Shown one piece after another: positions 38,295-47,797 of a DNA stretch of 64,000 bases. Both the position numbers and the translations under genes were made by a program. Source of the DNA: Enterococcus phage VRE9_4; the sequence record PP680570.1. The stretch is one strand, 5' to 3'. The notes under the pieces were generated by a model that saw only the letters and a program-made list of their open reading frames with translations, did not search any database and was not told the origin of the DNA. Each line of letters begins with the position of its first letter. Position 1 is the first letter of the stretch.

Positions 38295-40724
38295 TTAAGC
38301 TGAGCAAGCAACACAATCATCTACACGAGAAGCGTCATGAGAACGAGTATAGTAAGAAGATTTAATTCCTCTAGACCAAACTTCCATATGAAGACGAAGT
38401 AAGTTTTTAACCTTAATATCATCTAAGATATATAAATTAAATGAAGTAGATTGATCTACCCATTTTTGACGTTCTGCGTTGTGGAGAATAGCCCACATAT
38501 GACCCAAATCTCTCTCTCCTTCAAACTCCATTAACATAGTTGGTTTATAATAGAACCATGTTTCTAAACTTAATTCTGGAGCAATAACAGGTGTACGAGA
38601 ATCTTTCTTACCATCAAAAAAGATAGTGTCGTAAACTGTGTCTGCCGCTGCAGTAGAACCAGCTAACAAGGAAGTAGAACCTGTTGGAGCAACTGCTCTT
38701 AAATATCCATTTCGCATACCTTTTTTAGCTTTGTAATAAACCTCTGCTCGATAAGCATCCTCAATACGATCTTGACAAACTCCTCGACGATCCAACCATT
38801 CTCCTGTATTCCATTGACTTCCCTCAAATAAAGGATAACTTCCTTTTTCTTGAGCTAAATCTGCCGACGCCTCAATGATATTTAGCATGATTCTTTCTTC
38901 TAGCCGAGCAATTAATTTAGTTGCTTCAACTGAATCAAAATGAATTCCTTGTTTAGCCAAAACTGCTGCAATACCTTGTTCACCAATCCCAATAGCACGA
39001 TAACGATTATTTGTATATTGGGCTTGTAAAACAGGTAAATTATTAACAGTGATAACTGCATCAGTAGCACGAACTTGAGTACGTAAAACCTGTCTTAATT
39101 TTTCAAATGCTTTAACATCATCGCTGGTTTGTGGTCCTTCGACAGAAAGGGTAAAATCTTTCAAAACATTGTTAAGAACAATAGAAGATAAATTACATGT
39201 TACAAAATCTCCACTTTGTTTATGGACAATAATTTCTCCTAGTTCATTAATAGTTTCTTTAGTCATAATTGTAGGAGATTGATTTTGTACAATCTCAGAA
39301 CACAAATTAGAGCAGTATACCATTCCTGCATGATTATTAGGATTATCTCTATTTGCAGTATCCCGATAGAACATATAAGGCAAACCAGTTTCTAGTTGAG
39401 AACGCATAATTTTTTTCATAATTTCAATAGCTGGCAAACGTTTCTTTAAATGTAAATCGTTATTATCTACAGCCTTAAAATAGTGATAAGAGAAAGCGTG
39501 ACGATCAGGATCTAGTGGTGATTTCCCATCCCATTTTTCTTTATCGTAGAAATCTTCCAGAGAAAAACCTAATACTTTTTTCACTTCGTGAGGGTCAAAT
39601 AAATACCAGTCTCCTCGTTTTTCTACTTGTTGCATAAATAAATCAGGAATAGAAGCACCTAAAAATAGTTCATGCGCTCGTTTAGATAGATCTCCTGTAT
39701 TTAAACGTAACTCTAAGAAATCTTCTATATCATAATGCCAAACATCCAAATATGCTGCAATAGCACCACTGCGAACTCCTAGTTGGTCTACCGAAACAGC
39801 AGTATTATTTAATTGTTTAAGCCAACCAACAATACCTCCTGCAGCACCGACATTTCCTCTAATATCTGAACCAGCAGCACGAATTTTACCTACATAAATA
39901 CCAATTCCTCCACCAGCCTTGCTTAGGCGAGCAGCATCTGTATTGTCATCATAGATCCCTTGTAAGCTATCATCTGTTGTTAAAATAAAGCAACTAGAAA
40001 ATTGTGCATCTGGTCGTCCAGCATTTGCAAATGTTGGAGTAGCCATAGTAACTTCTTGTTTAGATAGTACATCATATAATTCTTTTACATGTTGTAGTCT
40101 ATCTTGTGTTTCTTCTCTTAATAAAGAAATCGCAATTGTCATATAACGTTCTTGTGGTAATTCAAATACTGAACGTCCTTTGTCTTTAGCTCGAATAAGA
40201 TATCTTTCAGACATATTATATAAACCAGCATAAGTCAAAAGTAAATCTCGTTCTGGCTTAATATATTTACCTAATTCTTGAATTTCTTCTTTAGTATATT
40301 TTACAAAAATTTCTGGTTCAATAAGACCTTGTTCACCAAGAGAAGAAAGAAGACCAAAATAGTCGCCATATTTTGAATCAACATCATAGCTTCTATTTTT
40401 TGAAGCTCGTTTATACAACGAATTTAATAATGCTCTAGCTGCAACAAATTCAAATTGGGTATTGCCTAATTTATCAAAATCCATCATTTCCCCATCTTTA
40501 AAGTCCATGATTCTATCAATTGCATTTTGAATAATAACATCATTGATATCTCGGAAATCAATCTCTTGTCTACCCTGAATTTGTTTAATAACGCCCTTCT
40601 TATATGCTTCAAACGTATCTGGATGAACATCCAGTCCTTCCTTAAAGCTATCTAATTTATTAATTAATCGTTGTGGATCAAATTCCAATTTTCTCAATCC
40701 ATTATCTTTTACTACTACTGTCAA
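38295..40724 (-). CDS. nrdE: Ribonucleotide reductase class I alpha subunit (NrdE-type) with N-terminal ATP-cone-like extension
   Basis: Active-site 'NLCSEI', C-terminal 'DDCVACSA' CxxC tail. N-terminus 'VVKDNGLRKLEFDPQRLINKL' matches the ATP-cone consensus. Confidence 0.85.
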   Translation of the reverse strand: MTVVVKDNGLRKLEFDPQRLINKLDSFKEGLDVHPDTFEAYKKGVIKQIQGRQEIDFRDINDVIIQNAIDRIMDFKDGEMMDFDKLGNTQFEFVAARALLNSLYKRASKNRSYDVDSKYGDYFGLLSSLGEQGLIEPEIFVKYTKEEIQELGKYIKPERDLLLTYAGLYNMSERYLIRAKDKGRSVFELPQERYMTIAISLLREETQDRLQHVKELYDVLSKQEVTMATPTFANAGRPDAQFSSCFILTTDDSLQGIYDDNTDAARLSKAGGGIGIYVGKIRAAGSDIRGNVGAAGGIVGWLKQLNNTAVSVDQLGVRSGAIAAYLDVWHYDIEDFLELRLNTGDLSKRAHELFLGASIPDLFMQQVEKRGDWYLFDPHEVKKVLGFSLEDFYDKEKWDGKSPLDPDRHAFSYHYFKAVDNNDLHLKKRLPAIEIMKKIMRSQLETGLPYMFYRDTANRDNPNNHAGMVYCSNLCSEIVQNQSPTIMTKETINELGEIIVHKQSGDFVTCNLSSIVLNNVLKDFTLSVEGPQTSDDVKAFEKLRQVLRTQVRATDAVITVNNLPVLQAQYTNNRYRAIGIGEQGIAAVLAKQGIHFDSVEATKLIARLEERIMLNIIEASADLAQEKGSYPLFEGSQWNTGEWLDRRGVCQDRIEDAYRAEVYYKAKKGMRNGYLRAVAPTGSTSLLAGSTAAADTVYDTIFFDGKKDSRTPVIAPELSLETWFYYKPTMLMEFEGERDLGHMWAILHNAERQKWVDQSTSFNLYILDDIKVKNLLRLHMEVWSRGIKSSYYTRSHDASRVDDCVACSA

Positions 40725-40798
40725 ATAAATCTCTCCTTTTTTAATCCTGTAATCTTTATAAAACCCAATATATAGATATTTATACGAAATAAACCACC

Positions 40799-41281
40799 TT
40801 ATATAGAAGCATATTTAATCAAGGCAAGTAAGACATCTACCAGTCCATTATTACAATCAATAAATACTGATTCAGCTTTTCCTTCTCGTCCTATTACAGA
40901 AACCTCTTTTTTGTCTATATCTACAATCATAGCTGTATATTTTCCTGTGGTAGAATATAAAATAAAACCACTAGATTTTCCGTCCTTATCATGTTTAATG
41001 TATATTTCATCTTCACTATATCCTAAAGCATCTATAATATAAAAAACTATAGTTCTCATATTTGTTCCTGTTGTTTCCTTATCAAAATATAAACTCATAG
41101 ATGAAATAAAGTCTTTCTCATAAGAATGACAATCATAAAACATTAAATTTAAAGAATCTTTAGTTATTATAGGACTTACTTCTATTCTTCCTTTTGGAGA
41201 ATATATTTTGCCCTCTACCCTTAAAACTTTAGAGCGGCTAATTTCTTTTACAATTGCACTTACCTCTTCTAATGGTCTCAT
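40799..41281 (-). CDS. Hypothetical protein (160 aa)
   Basis: Consensus promoter inside the upstream terminator. Confidence 0.4.
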   Translation of the reverse strand: MRPLEEVSAIVKEISRSKVLRVEGKIYSPKGRIEVSPIITKDSLNLMFYDCHSYEKDFISSMSLYFDKETTGTNMRTIVFYIIDALGYSEDEIYIKHDKDGKSSGFILYSTTGKYTAMIVDIDKKEVSVIGREGKAESVFIDCNNGLVDVLLALIKYASI

Positions 41282-41300
41282 ATTTTTTCTCCTTTTAAAA

Positions 41301-41353
41301 TCATTATAAAATAAAAATCCTTACTATATAAATTATAACATAGTAAGGATTTT
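41301..41353 (-). terminator. Apf-gene terminator, 14-bp stem AAAATCCTTACTAT/ATAGTAAGGATTTT
   Basis: Long perfect stem with a U-rich 3' side on the - strand. Confidence 0.6.
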
Positions 41354-41360
41354 TTGTCAA
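41332..41360 (-). promoter_or_regulatory. Promoter TTGACA-17-TATAAT embedded in the Apf-gene terminator hairpin
   Basis: TTGACAaaaaatccttactatgtTATAAT. Confidence 0.55.
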
Positions 41361-41371
41361 ATTATTTATTT

Positions 41372-41956
41372 TTAGTACCAGCCATTAGCCATCCAAAAAG
41401 CTTGCGCTGCTTCCCATGAACCATAACGTTGAGCTACATAATTTTCTGCAACACGTTCCTGGTTTGCTGGAGAATGATCTCCATTTAGATAAGCTGAATC
41501 TAGTTGATAACGTCCGATGTAACGACCATTTGTTGCTGAGTATGAACCACCTGATTCACGTTGAGCAATCCATTCTTTTGCTGAACTTGTCCCTACTGAA
41601 GGAGCCTGTTCAACAACTGGTGATTGTTCTACTACTGGAGCTTGTTCCACAACATTTTCTTGCACAACTGGAGCTTCAACTACCGCCGCTGTTGCTGGAG
41701 CCTGAACCTCTCCATTGGTTGGAATCAATAATAAATCTCCAACAAAAATCATATTAGCATCACTAACTGTATCAAGGTTAGATTGATGGATCAAACTATG
41801 ATCTAATCCATATTTGTTACCGATAGCAGATAAAGTATCTCCTGCTTCTACTTCGTAATAAGTTTGTCCATCTTTTTGAATTTCTGCTGCGTGAACACCT
41901 GTTCCACCAATAAATAAAGCTCCTGCCAATAGTCCTGCGATAATAATTTTCTTCAA
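41372..41956 (-). CDS. Secreted LysM-domain protein with C-terminal Apf-like (aggregation-promoting-factor) domain
   Basis: Signal peptide 'MKKIIIAGLLAGALFIGGTGVHA', LysM 'DTLSAIGNKYGLDHSLIHQSN', C-terminus 'WIAQRESGGSYSATNGRYIGRYQLDSAYLNGD...WMANGWY', as in Lactobacillus Apf proteins. Confidence 0.6.
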   Translation of the reverse strand: MKKIIIAGLLAGALFIGGTGVHAAEIQKDGQTYYEVEAGDTLSAIGNKYGLDHSLIHQSNLDTVSDANMIFVGDLLLIPTNGEVQAPATAAVVEAPVVQENVVEQAPVVEQSPVVEQAPSVGTSSAKEWIAQRESGGSYSATNGRYIGRYQLDSAYLNGDHSPANQERVAENYVAQRYGSWEAAQAFWMANGWY

Positions 41957-41960
41957 ATTG

Positions 41961-42290
41961 TTATTCTCCTTTTTCTTTTAGTTTTTCGTTAAGCAATGAA
42001 GCATATCCATTTGCTTCATTAAATTCTAAAAACTTAATTTTGGCAACACTTAAGCCAGTAAAACAATTTCGTTGAGAATCTACTAAAGCTTCTCGTTCAA
42101 ATTGTGCTGAATTAAAGTTGTCTTTTACGAAATCGAAAAATGGAAATACAATATCTCCATCTTCTGAAAAAGGAATGTCTAATAGAAAAGCCTCATAAAC
42201 CCAATCATCTAATGATTCCAATTTCTTATTTACAACTTTATACGCCTCTTTACCAAAAATAGTTTTTGTTGCTTCAACGATGTATTCCAT
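41961..42290 (-). CDS. Hypothetical protein
   Basis: ORF only. Confidence 0.4.
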   Translation of the reverse strand: MEYIVEATKTIFGKEAYKVVNKKLESLDDWVYEAFLLDIPFSEDGDIVFPFFDFVKDNFNSAQFEREALVDSQRNCFTGLSVAKIKFLEFNEANGYASLLNEKLKEKGE

Positions 42291-42357
42291 ATGAAATTCC
42301 CCTTTTCTTGTTTTAATAAAAAAGACCCTATTACAAAATTATTACAGTTAAATTACA

Positions 42358-42915
42358 TTAAAATAACCGTGATTTTTTCTTTGTAATTTTTACTGAAGTA
42401 TGAACTTTATTATCATCTTCCACAGTAATTTGATTATTTTTAACTACAACAACAGGGTATTGTTCTTCAAGTTTTTCTGCTAATTTTTCTACAAAAGGAT
42501 TTAGTTTTTTAGCCACAATAACTTCTCCTTCTGCAACTTGAGGACTTTTATGTCGAGTTACTTTTACCTCATAAAATGTGTCGCCATCTTTAATACCAGC
42601 AATACGTTTTTGAGAATCCAAAAGTTTAAATTCAATATCTTCATCCTCTTGGAGAAATCCAAATGCCATATTTGCTAATCCCCACTTATCTGCAGTCATT
42701 TGTTTTGTTGGAGTAGCACGACCTGCTTCGATTAAATAATCGTCCCAATTTTTCAGAATTTCATATTCAAACTCTTGATGTCTAGGATCTGGTTTCTTTA
42801 TGCCATTTTTCAAATTCTCTTTAAATTTTCTACTTGCGACAATAGAATTATAATACATAGACATAAATTTTCTATCCTCTGTAGTTTGTTGGAATGCACC
42901 GTATTTGTTTTCCAT
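42358..42915 (-). CDS. Hypothetical protein (185 aa)
   Basis: ORF plus consensus promoter. Confidence 0.4.
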   Translation of the reverse strand: MENKYGAFQQTTEDRKFMSMYYNSIVASRKFKENLKNGIKKPDPRHQEFEYEILKNWDDYLIEAGRATPTKQMTADKWGLANMAFGFLQEDEDIEFKLLDSQKRIAGIKDGDTFYEVKVTRHKSPQVAEGEVIVAKKLNPFVEKLAEKLEEQYPVVVVKNNQITVEDDNKVHTSVKITKKKSRLF

Positions 42916-42963
42916 AAAATAAAAACTCCTTTTAAAATTCTTTTATTTCTTAACTATATATAT

Positions 42964-42992
42964 ATTATATCATTTTTAAATAAGTTTTTCAA
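42964..42992 (-). promoter_or_regulatory. Promoter TTGAAA-17-TGaTATAAT (185-aa gene)
   Basis: TTGAAAaacttatttaaaaatgaTATAAT. Confidence 0.5.
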
Positions 42993-42999
42993 ATTAAAT

Positions 43000-43030
43000 T
43001 AAAAAAGGCTGAGAAAAACTCAGTCTTTTT
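43000..43030 (-). terminator. Short hairpin (CTGAG-aaaaa-CTCAG) + U6 after the coiled-coil gene
   Basis: 5-6-bp stem, T6. Confidence 0.4.
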
Positions 43031-43040
43031 TAATTAGAAA

Positions 43041-43295
43041 TTATTCTTCAACTTTTTCTTCGATCTCTTTTTCTTCAGTTGTTGCAGGAGATTGTAGTTG
43101 CTGAATAGCTTCAAGCAATTGTTTATTTACAGTTTCTGACTTAGCCAATAAAACTTCTTGCCTTGCTATTTCACCCATTGCTTGGGTAAGTAATTCTTGT
43201 GTCCCAGTTAATTGTTGTCGAGCAACAGCTAATTCAAATTCTGCTTGTTCTAATAGCTGTTCAACCGTTGGATGTTGACCTGTTTTATTTTCCAT
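43041..43295 (-). CDS. Coiled-coil protein (84 aa, Gln/Leu/Glu-rich)
   Basis: Heptad-like LLEQAEFELAVARQQL. Confidence 0.4.
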   Translation of the reverse strand: MENKTGQHPTVEQLLEQAEFELAVARQQLTGTQELLTQAMGEIARQEVLLAKSETVNKQLLEAIQQLQSPATTEEKEIEEKVEE

Positions 43296-43744
43296 TATTG
43301 TGTTACCTCCACTGATGTCTTTCCATCTTCTGAAATTGCAAAATGTCGAACTTTATTAGTCATATCTCCAGTACGATTTGCTCTAATACGTTCATACATA
43401 GCTGTTTTTCGGTCAATGAATGCTTGGATTTCATTTTGTAGTTCAGACTTCATTTGTTCTAAGGTTTCAAAAGTTTCATAATCCATTTTGAGATCTCCTA
43501 AATTATTGAGAATATCAATATAAGAACGTAATAAAGCAATACGAGTACCTACTTTTTCTGTTGCCATATCTAAATCATCTGGATGAGTCTGACTAATTCC
43601 GGTGCCTTTGACTATGTTACCATCAATCAGTTCTGCTGTAGTAATAACAGTCACTTTAGATACGACATTAATACCATCTACTTCTACAAACTCTGGAAAA
43701 GAATCAGATGTTATAATTCGTTCTAATACATTTTTAACTTCCAC
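43295..43744 (-). CDS. Hypothetical protein (149 aa)
   Basis: ORF plus consensus promoter. Confidence 0.4.
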   Translation of the reverse strand: MEVKNVLERIITSDSFPEFVEVDGINVVSKVTVITTAELIDGNIVKGTGISQTHPDDLDMATEKVGTRIALLRSYIDILNNLGDLKMDYETFETLEQMKSELQNEIQAFIDRKTAMYERIRANRTGDMTNKVRHFAISEDGKTSVEVTQ

Positions 43745-43776
43745 TAAAATTTCCTCCTTATTTAACTTTATAATTA

Positions 43777-43805
43777 ATTATATCATCTTTAATAAAAAAA
43801 GTCAA
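43777..43805 (-). promoter_or_regulatory. Promoter TTGACT-17-TGaTATAAT + TAATTATAAAGTTAAATAAGGAGG leader (149-aa gene)
   Basis: TTGACTttttttattaaagatgaTATAAT. Confidence 0.6.
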
Positions 43806-43948
43806 TAATTGTCTCGCCAAACACCTTTTATTTTTTTTCGTGCTTTTTGTCTAGTTAATGGATACCATTGTTCACTCTTAGCTTTTTTTAAAATTTGAGC
43901 TTCAATTGGAATCCATCTACCATCACTATCTTTTCTATATATTAACAT
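43802..43948 (-). CDS. Small basic hypothetical ORF (48 aa)
   Basis: GGGAGAGAG RBS. Not in the ORF track. Confidence 0.2.
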   Translation of the reverse strand: MLIYRKDSDGRWIPIEAQILKKAKSEQWYPLTRQKARKKIKGVWRDNY

Positions 43949-43972
43949 ATTACTCTCTCCCTGTCAAGTAAA

Positions 43973-45274
43973 TTAAATTTTAATCCAAATATCTCCTTCT
44001 CTACCTGCTTTACCTGGATCAGTAACACTAAAGAAAATTCTAACTCCTTTAAATGATATATATGATTGTTCAGAAGATAATGCAGTATCTGTTAATAATT
44101 CACCATCACTCATTCTCAAATAGTGATAATATCCGCTTTCTGTTGGTTGTCCACTACCAGCATAATTTCTTGGGAATAAAATAGCTGCATCACGACTGCT
44201 AGAATAATTTCTAAAAACAAGCTGTCCAATACCATTCATTGCTCCACCATTAATATCAATGGCTGGTTTACGATTTAAATTACCTACATAAGTTAAGTTA
44301 GGCTCAGAAATTTTTAACGCTGGCATACCTAAATATCGTTTAGTATCTCCAATAGTCATTTGACCTGCAGGAATATGAATTCGTCCAAAATTCAATGTTA
44401 AAGAGCCACCAGTATTTCCGTCGACCCCACCAAAAATAATATCATTCAATTCTGTTCCGCCATTACCACTTGTCGCTATAACTAACGAATCTGTTGGGCT
44501 TGTTGGAAATTGAAAATCTAATCTTCCAAAACTATTTCTAATACTTAATGGGAGTCCGGAACGATCTGTATCTAATACAAGACTTCCTGTCATGGTTTGG
44601 TTTATAGTTTTATCTAAATAATTTTCATGTTTATGATTTACTGGGGCTAAATTTGTATGGGTGTGATTGATAGGTGAATATTTTGATTTCATTGTTTCTA
44701 ACAAAGTTTTACCAGCAGATGCTGCTAATGCTCTATCAGAAGCTGAACTATCTAATGTAGAAACTAGTTCATCTTTACGAACATATTGACTGAAATCAAT
44801 TCCACCTTCACTTGGAGATGCACCAGTCACTTCATAAGGAACAAAAGTACTACCATTCCAACCAAGCAATGTATTAACTTTTAAATTTTCTCCCAGTGTA
44901 ACATCTTTAAGTTCTCCAATAGAAGAGTTGGTTGATAATACTGATGCTCCTCCTACTCGCAATGCCCCAGTAAAATTGTTCCAATCTCCTTCCCATATAT
45001 TGTTTCCACCCTTAAGAGCTATTAAGGCTGCTTCTATACCTTGATCTTGAACAATTTTTGTAATCTCTGGCACCAAATCAGAAAAATCTGATACTGTATG
45101 TTTGTGACCTTTTTGAGAAACCTCTTTCCATGATTCGTTATTTTGTCCTGTAGCTACCCAAATAGCTCTAGGATTTGAACCTGTATCAATATAAGTTTGT
45201 CCATAATATTCAGCACTAATAGTTGGTTTACCTGTGCCGTATAACATATTTCCTCTAGTAATATGAATTGACAT
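43973..45274 (-). CDS. Fiber-like protein with His-x-His motifs (433 aa), embedded in the early region
   Basis: 'GHKHTVSDF', 'NHTHTNL', 'NHKHENY'. Gly/Thr/Ser/Asn-rich. Flanked by terminators, with no consensus promoter upstream. Confidence 0.4.
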   Translation of the reverse strand: MSIHITRGNMLYGTGKPTISAEYYGQTYIDTGSNPRAIWVATGQNNESWKEVSQKGHKHTVSDFSDLVPEITKIVQDQGIEAALIALKGGNNIWEGDWNNFTGALRVGGASVLSTNSSIGELKDVTLGENLKVNTLLGWNGSTFVPYEVTGASPSEGGIDFSQYVRKDELVSTLDSSASDRALAASAGKTLLETMKSKYSPINHTHTNLAPVNHKHENYLDKTINQTMTGSLVLDTDRSGLPLSIRNSFGRLDFQFPTSPTDSLVIATSGNGGTELNDIIFGGVDGNTGGSLTLNFGRIHIPAGQMTIGDTKRYLGMPALKISEPNLTYVGNLNRKPAIDINGGAMNGIGQLVFRNYSSSRDAAILFPRNYAGSGQPTESGYYHYLRMSDGELLTDTALSSEQSYISFKGVRIFFSVTDPGKAGREGDIWIKI

Positions 45275-45330
45275 TTATTTGTCCTCCTTTATAATCTTTC
45301 TCTTATGTATATTAAAAAGCTTTTAAACCT

Positions 45331-45366
45331 AATATAAAAAAAGAACCCTAAAAGATTAAAGGGTTC
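45331..45366 (-). terminator. Hairpin GAACCCT-aaaagattaa-AGGGTTC + U7 after the 170-aa gene
   Basis: 7-bp stem. Confidence 0.55.
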
Positions 45367-45877
45367 AAAAACTTTCTGACGTTTTTAGAAAAATAATACC
45401 ATTGGAAATAAATTTTTGTCCCCAATAAGTATCTTCTATTTCTTTATACTCATCTTGATTTACAGGAATTGGCAATGTACTTCTTACAATAGTTTGCTGT
45501 TTCATAATCTCTTTTTTTAAACGTTCCCTTTTTGTATATTTGGTTACCATATAAGGTAATATAAATATAGCAGGGAAAACTAAAAGCATTGAAAGCAAAA
45601 TTATAAGAAAAGAACGGAAAGTAAAAATAGAAGCTACTCTATCTTCTTGCTCCCATCTTTTGGCTGGAAGTAAAATTGATTGCTCATCAAAATTCCAGCG
45701 TTCAATTAATAAATCTCTTTTTTCGATTGCATTTCGAGCTTTTTCTAGTTCTACTTGATGCCGAACTAAAACTCTACTATTGAATAGCTCCACTTTTAAC
45801 CCTCCTAACCAATCAGGAATCCTGTGTTTTTCTATAAAATTCTTTAACATGCGAAAAACAAGCTCGTCCTCCTTCAT
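45365..45877 (-). CDS. Predicted membrane protein (one strong TM)
   Basis: 'FRSFLIILLSMLLVFPAIFILPYMV'. Confidence 0.4.
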   Translation of the reverse strand: MKEDELVFRMLKNFIEKHRIPDWLGGLKVELFNSRVLVRHQVELEKARNAIEKRDLLIERWNFDEQSILLPAKRWEQEDRVASIFTFRSFLIILLSMLLVFPAIFILPYMVTKYTKRERLKKEIMKQQTIVRSTLPIPVNQDEYKEIEDTYWGQKFISNGIIFLKTSESF

Positions 45878-45889
45878 CTATCTGGTTTT

Positions 45890-46510
45890 TTAAAACAATT
45901 TAATTTGGTGTGAAGAACCTTTCACATAATTTACTACTAACATAGCTAATTTACCAGGATCTACATAAATAGAATTTAATCTATTATAAATGAAATTTAT
46001 TTCGGTTAGATTTGAATCTTTTGGCTCGTTTAATAAAAGATTATAATTTTCTGACAAGTGGTGTCCTAATCCAGAAATGTTTTCAATAAAGACTGAGGTG
46101 CCATCATAAGTATAATCAAAATACTTATTAGCAACTTTATCAAACCATAATACATCTTTCTCTGCTAGTAAATACATGTCTGGATCTTCTAACAATTCCA
46201 TGAAGAAAATAATAGAATCTCTCGCCACCTTATTTCCTGCTTCTCTTGGAAGAATATTGCCATATATACTATAAAAAACTAGATATAAATCTTCTTTAGT
46301 TTTTATAGAACAAGCTTCTTTGTCTTTTGCAGTATATTCTATTATATTATAGTTTATAAATGAATTTAGAATAGGTCCAATAGGTTTATCAGCCACAAAA
46401 AATTTAATATCTTCCATTGAACGATTTTCTAAATATTGATTAAAATATTCTGTATAGACCAAAGGCCCGCTACCAAAGATAGCAGGCTGTCCAGTAAAAT
46501 CTAACATCAT
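45890..46510 (-). CDS. Hypothetical protein (206 aa)
   Basis: ORF only. Confidence 0.4.
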   Translation of the reverse strand: MMLDFTGQPAIFGSGPLVYTEYFNQYLENRSMEDIKFFVADKPIGPILNSFINYNIIEYTAKDKEACSIKTKEDLYLVFYSIYGNILPREAGNKVARDSIIFFMELLEDPDMYLLAEKDVLWFDKVANKYFDYTYDGTSVFIENISGLGHHLSENYNLLLNEPKDSNLTEINFIYNRLNSIYVDPGKLAMLVVNYVKGSSHQIKLF

Positions 46511-46809
46511 AAAATCCCATCTCCTTCAGATTCTACATAGGCTTTAATAGCTGTATAGAACTCTGATGGTGCCTCAAAACCAGCATAATTTGCTACAACT
46601 AAACATTGTTGTACATAATCAATAAATCTATCAAAAATCTCTGGATTGTCCTTGAAATATTCATCAGTATCCTTTTCCATAGTAAAGGCAAGCTTTGCTT
46701 CGCCATCTTCTTCTAAGTATTGAATACCAACTTTTTCATCAACAATTAATTCAAAGAAAAATTTCTCATATTGTATATTGTCCAATTTTATCACTCCAAT
46801 TTCCTTCAT
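46507..46809 (-). CDS. Acidic hypothetical protein (100 aa)
   Basis: ORF, overlaps neighbours. Confidence 0.4.
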   Translation of the reverse strand: MKEIGVIKLDNIQYEKFFFELIVDEKVGIQYLEEDGEAKLAFTMEKDTDEYFKDNPEIFDRFIDYVQQCLVVANYAGFEAPSEFYTAIKAYVESEGDGIL

Positions 46810-47785
46810 AGGTTTTTAACTCACAATCTCCGCATATAGGCATATCAGAAAAAGCGTTTGTTTTATCACAAGATAAACATTTTACTACAGATCCATATTT
46901 TAATATCTCAGATTCCTTTGGCTCTCCTATATATAAATTCTCTCTTTTCGATTTTATACCTAAAGTAAAATCATTATATACTTGACTTAAATTTGTTTTA
47001 TAAGTCTTTATATTATCATCATGGACTGAGACAAAATTCTCTCCAAGAGAAGAGAAGAAGGTGCCTTGTAGAGTATTTATTGTAAATTCTTCAATTCCAT
47101 TATTTTTATATGGATATTGCGTAGATAACATTGCTCCCTTATAGTCTTTTGAAAAAACTCCTAGACGTCTATAAATTTTTTTATCTACATATTCAACATC
47201 ATTAAAGTTAGGTTTTTCTGTCATAACATAAGTTAAAAATGTATAATTATCTAACGCTGCAGAATATCCTCCAGTATAATGTTCTCCCATCGGTTTATAA
47301 CATGTCGTCCATCCTCTGCCGACACCCATCATTATGAAATCATAAGGATGAACAGATATAACCAAATAACTGGATGGAAGTATATATGAATTCTTTATTT
47401 GAGAATACATTAATACGATTTCTTCTCCTAATTCTGGAGTTTGATTAATAACCTTAGATAATTTTTTGCCAGAAGAATGTTTATTCTCTATTAAATCTGA
47501 ATCATTTAATAGTCCTGCTAATTTAAAGAAGCCAGCATCTATTTTCCTGGTTTCTTTATATCGTTCCTTAAACTCTTTTTTAAAGTCTCTTTCTGCTTGT
47601 GTTTTTATAGCCTTTATGTTATCTATCTTAAAAACTAATCTTAGATTATTATCCATCATAGCAATTATTTCTTTTTTCTTTTCAGTAACTTGACTGAAAA
47701 AATTTTCATAATTATTATACGAAAAGAGACTAACCCCTTGAGAGAGGTTAATCTTTTCGTACTGACTTTTCATATTTTCTGTCAA
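46766..47785 (-). CDS. Paralog A of an uncharacterised Cys-motif family (339 aa) with C-terminal CxxC...CxxC zinc ribbon
   Basis: 'LVISVHPYDFIMMGVGRGWTTCYKP...DNYTFL...IYRRLGVF...LSTQYPYKNNG', shared with 48892..50091 and 51288..53159. Confidence 0.5.
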   Translation of the reverse strand: MTENMKSQYEKINLSQGVSLFSYNNYENFFSQVTEKKKEIIAMMDNNLRLVFKIDNIKAIKTQAERDFKKEFKERYKETRKIDAGFFKLAGLLNDSDLIENKHSSGKKLSKVINQTPELGEEIVLMYSQIKNSYILPSSYLVISVHPYDFIMMGVGRGWTTCYKPMGEHYTGGYSAALDNYTFLTYVMTEKPNFNDVEYVDKKIYRRLGVFSKDYKGAMLSTQYPYKNNGIEEFTINTLQGTFFSSLGENFVSVHDDNIKTYKTNLSQVYNDFTLGIKSKRENLYIGEPKESEILKYGSVVKCLSCDKTNAFSDMPICGDCELKTYEGNWSDKIGQYTI

Positions 47786-47797
47786 ATTTCCACCATC

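Noticed and set aside
43041-43295. Higher-GC 84-aa coiled-coil gene as a horizontally acquired island
   Set aside because: GC shift is modest and explained by Gln/Ala/Leu codon content. No flanking repeats.
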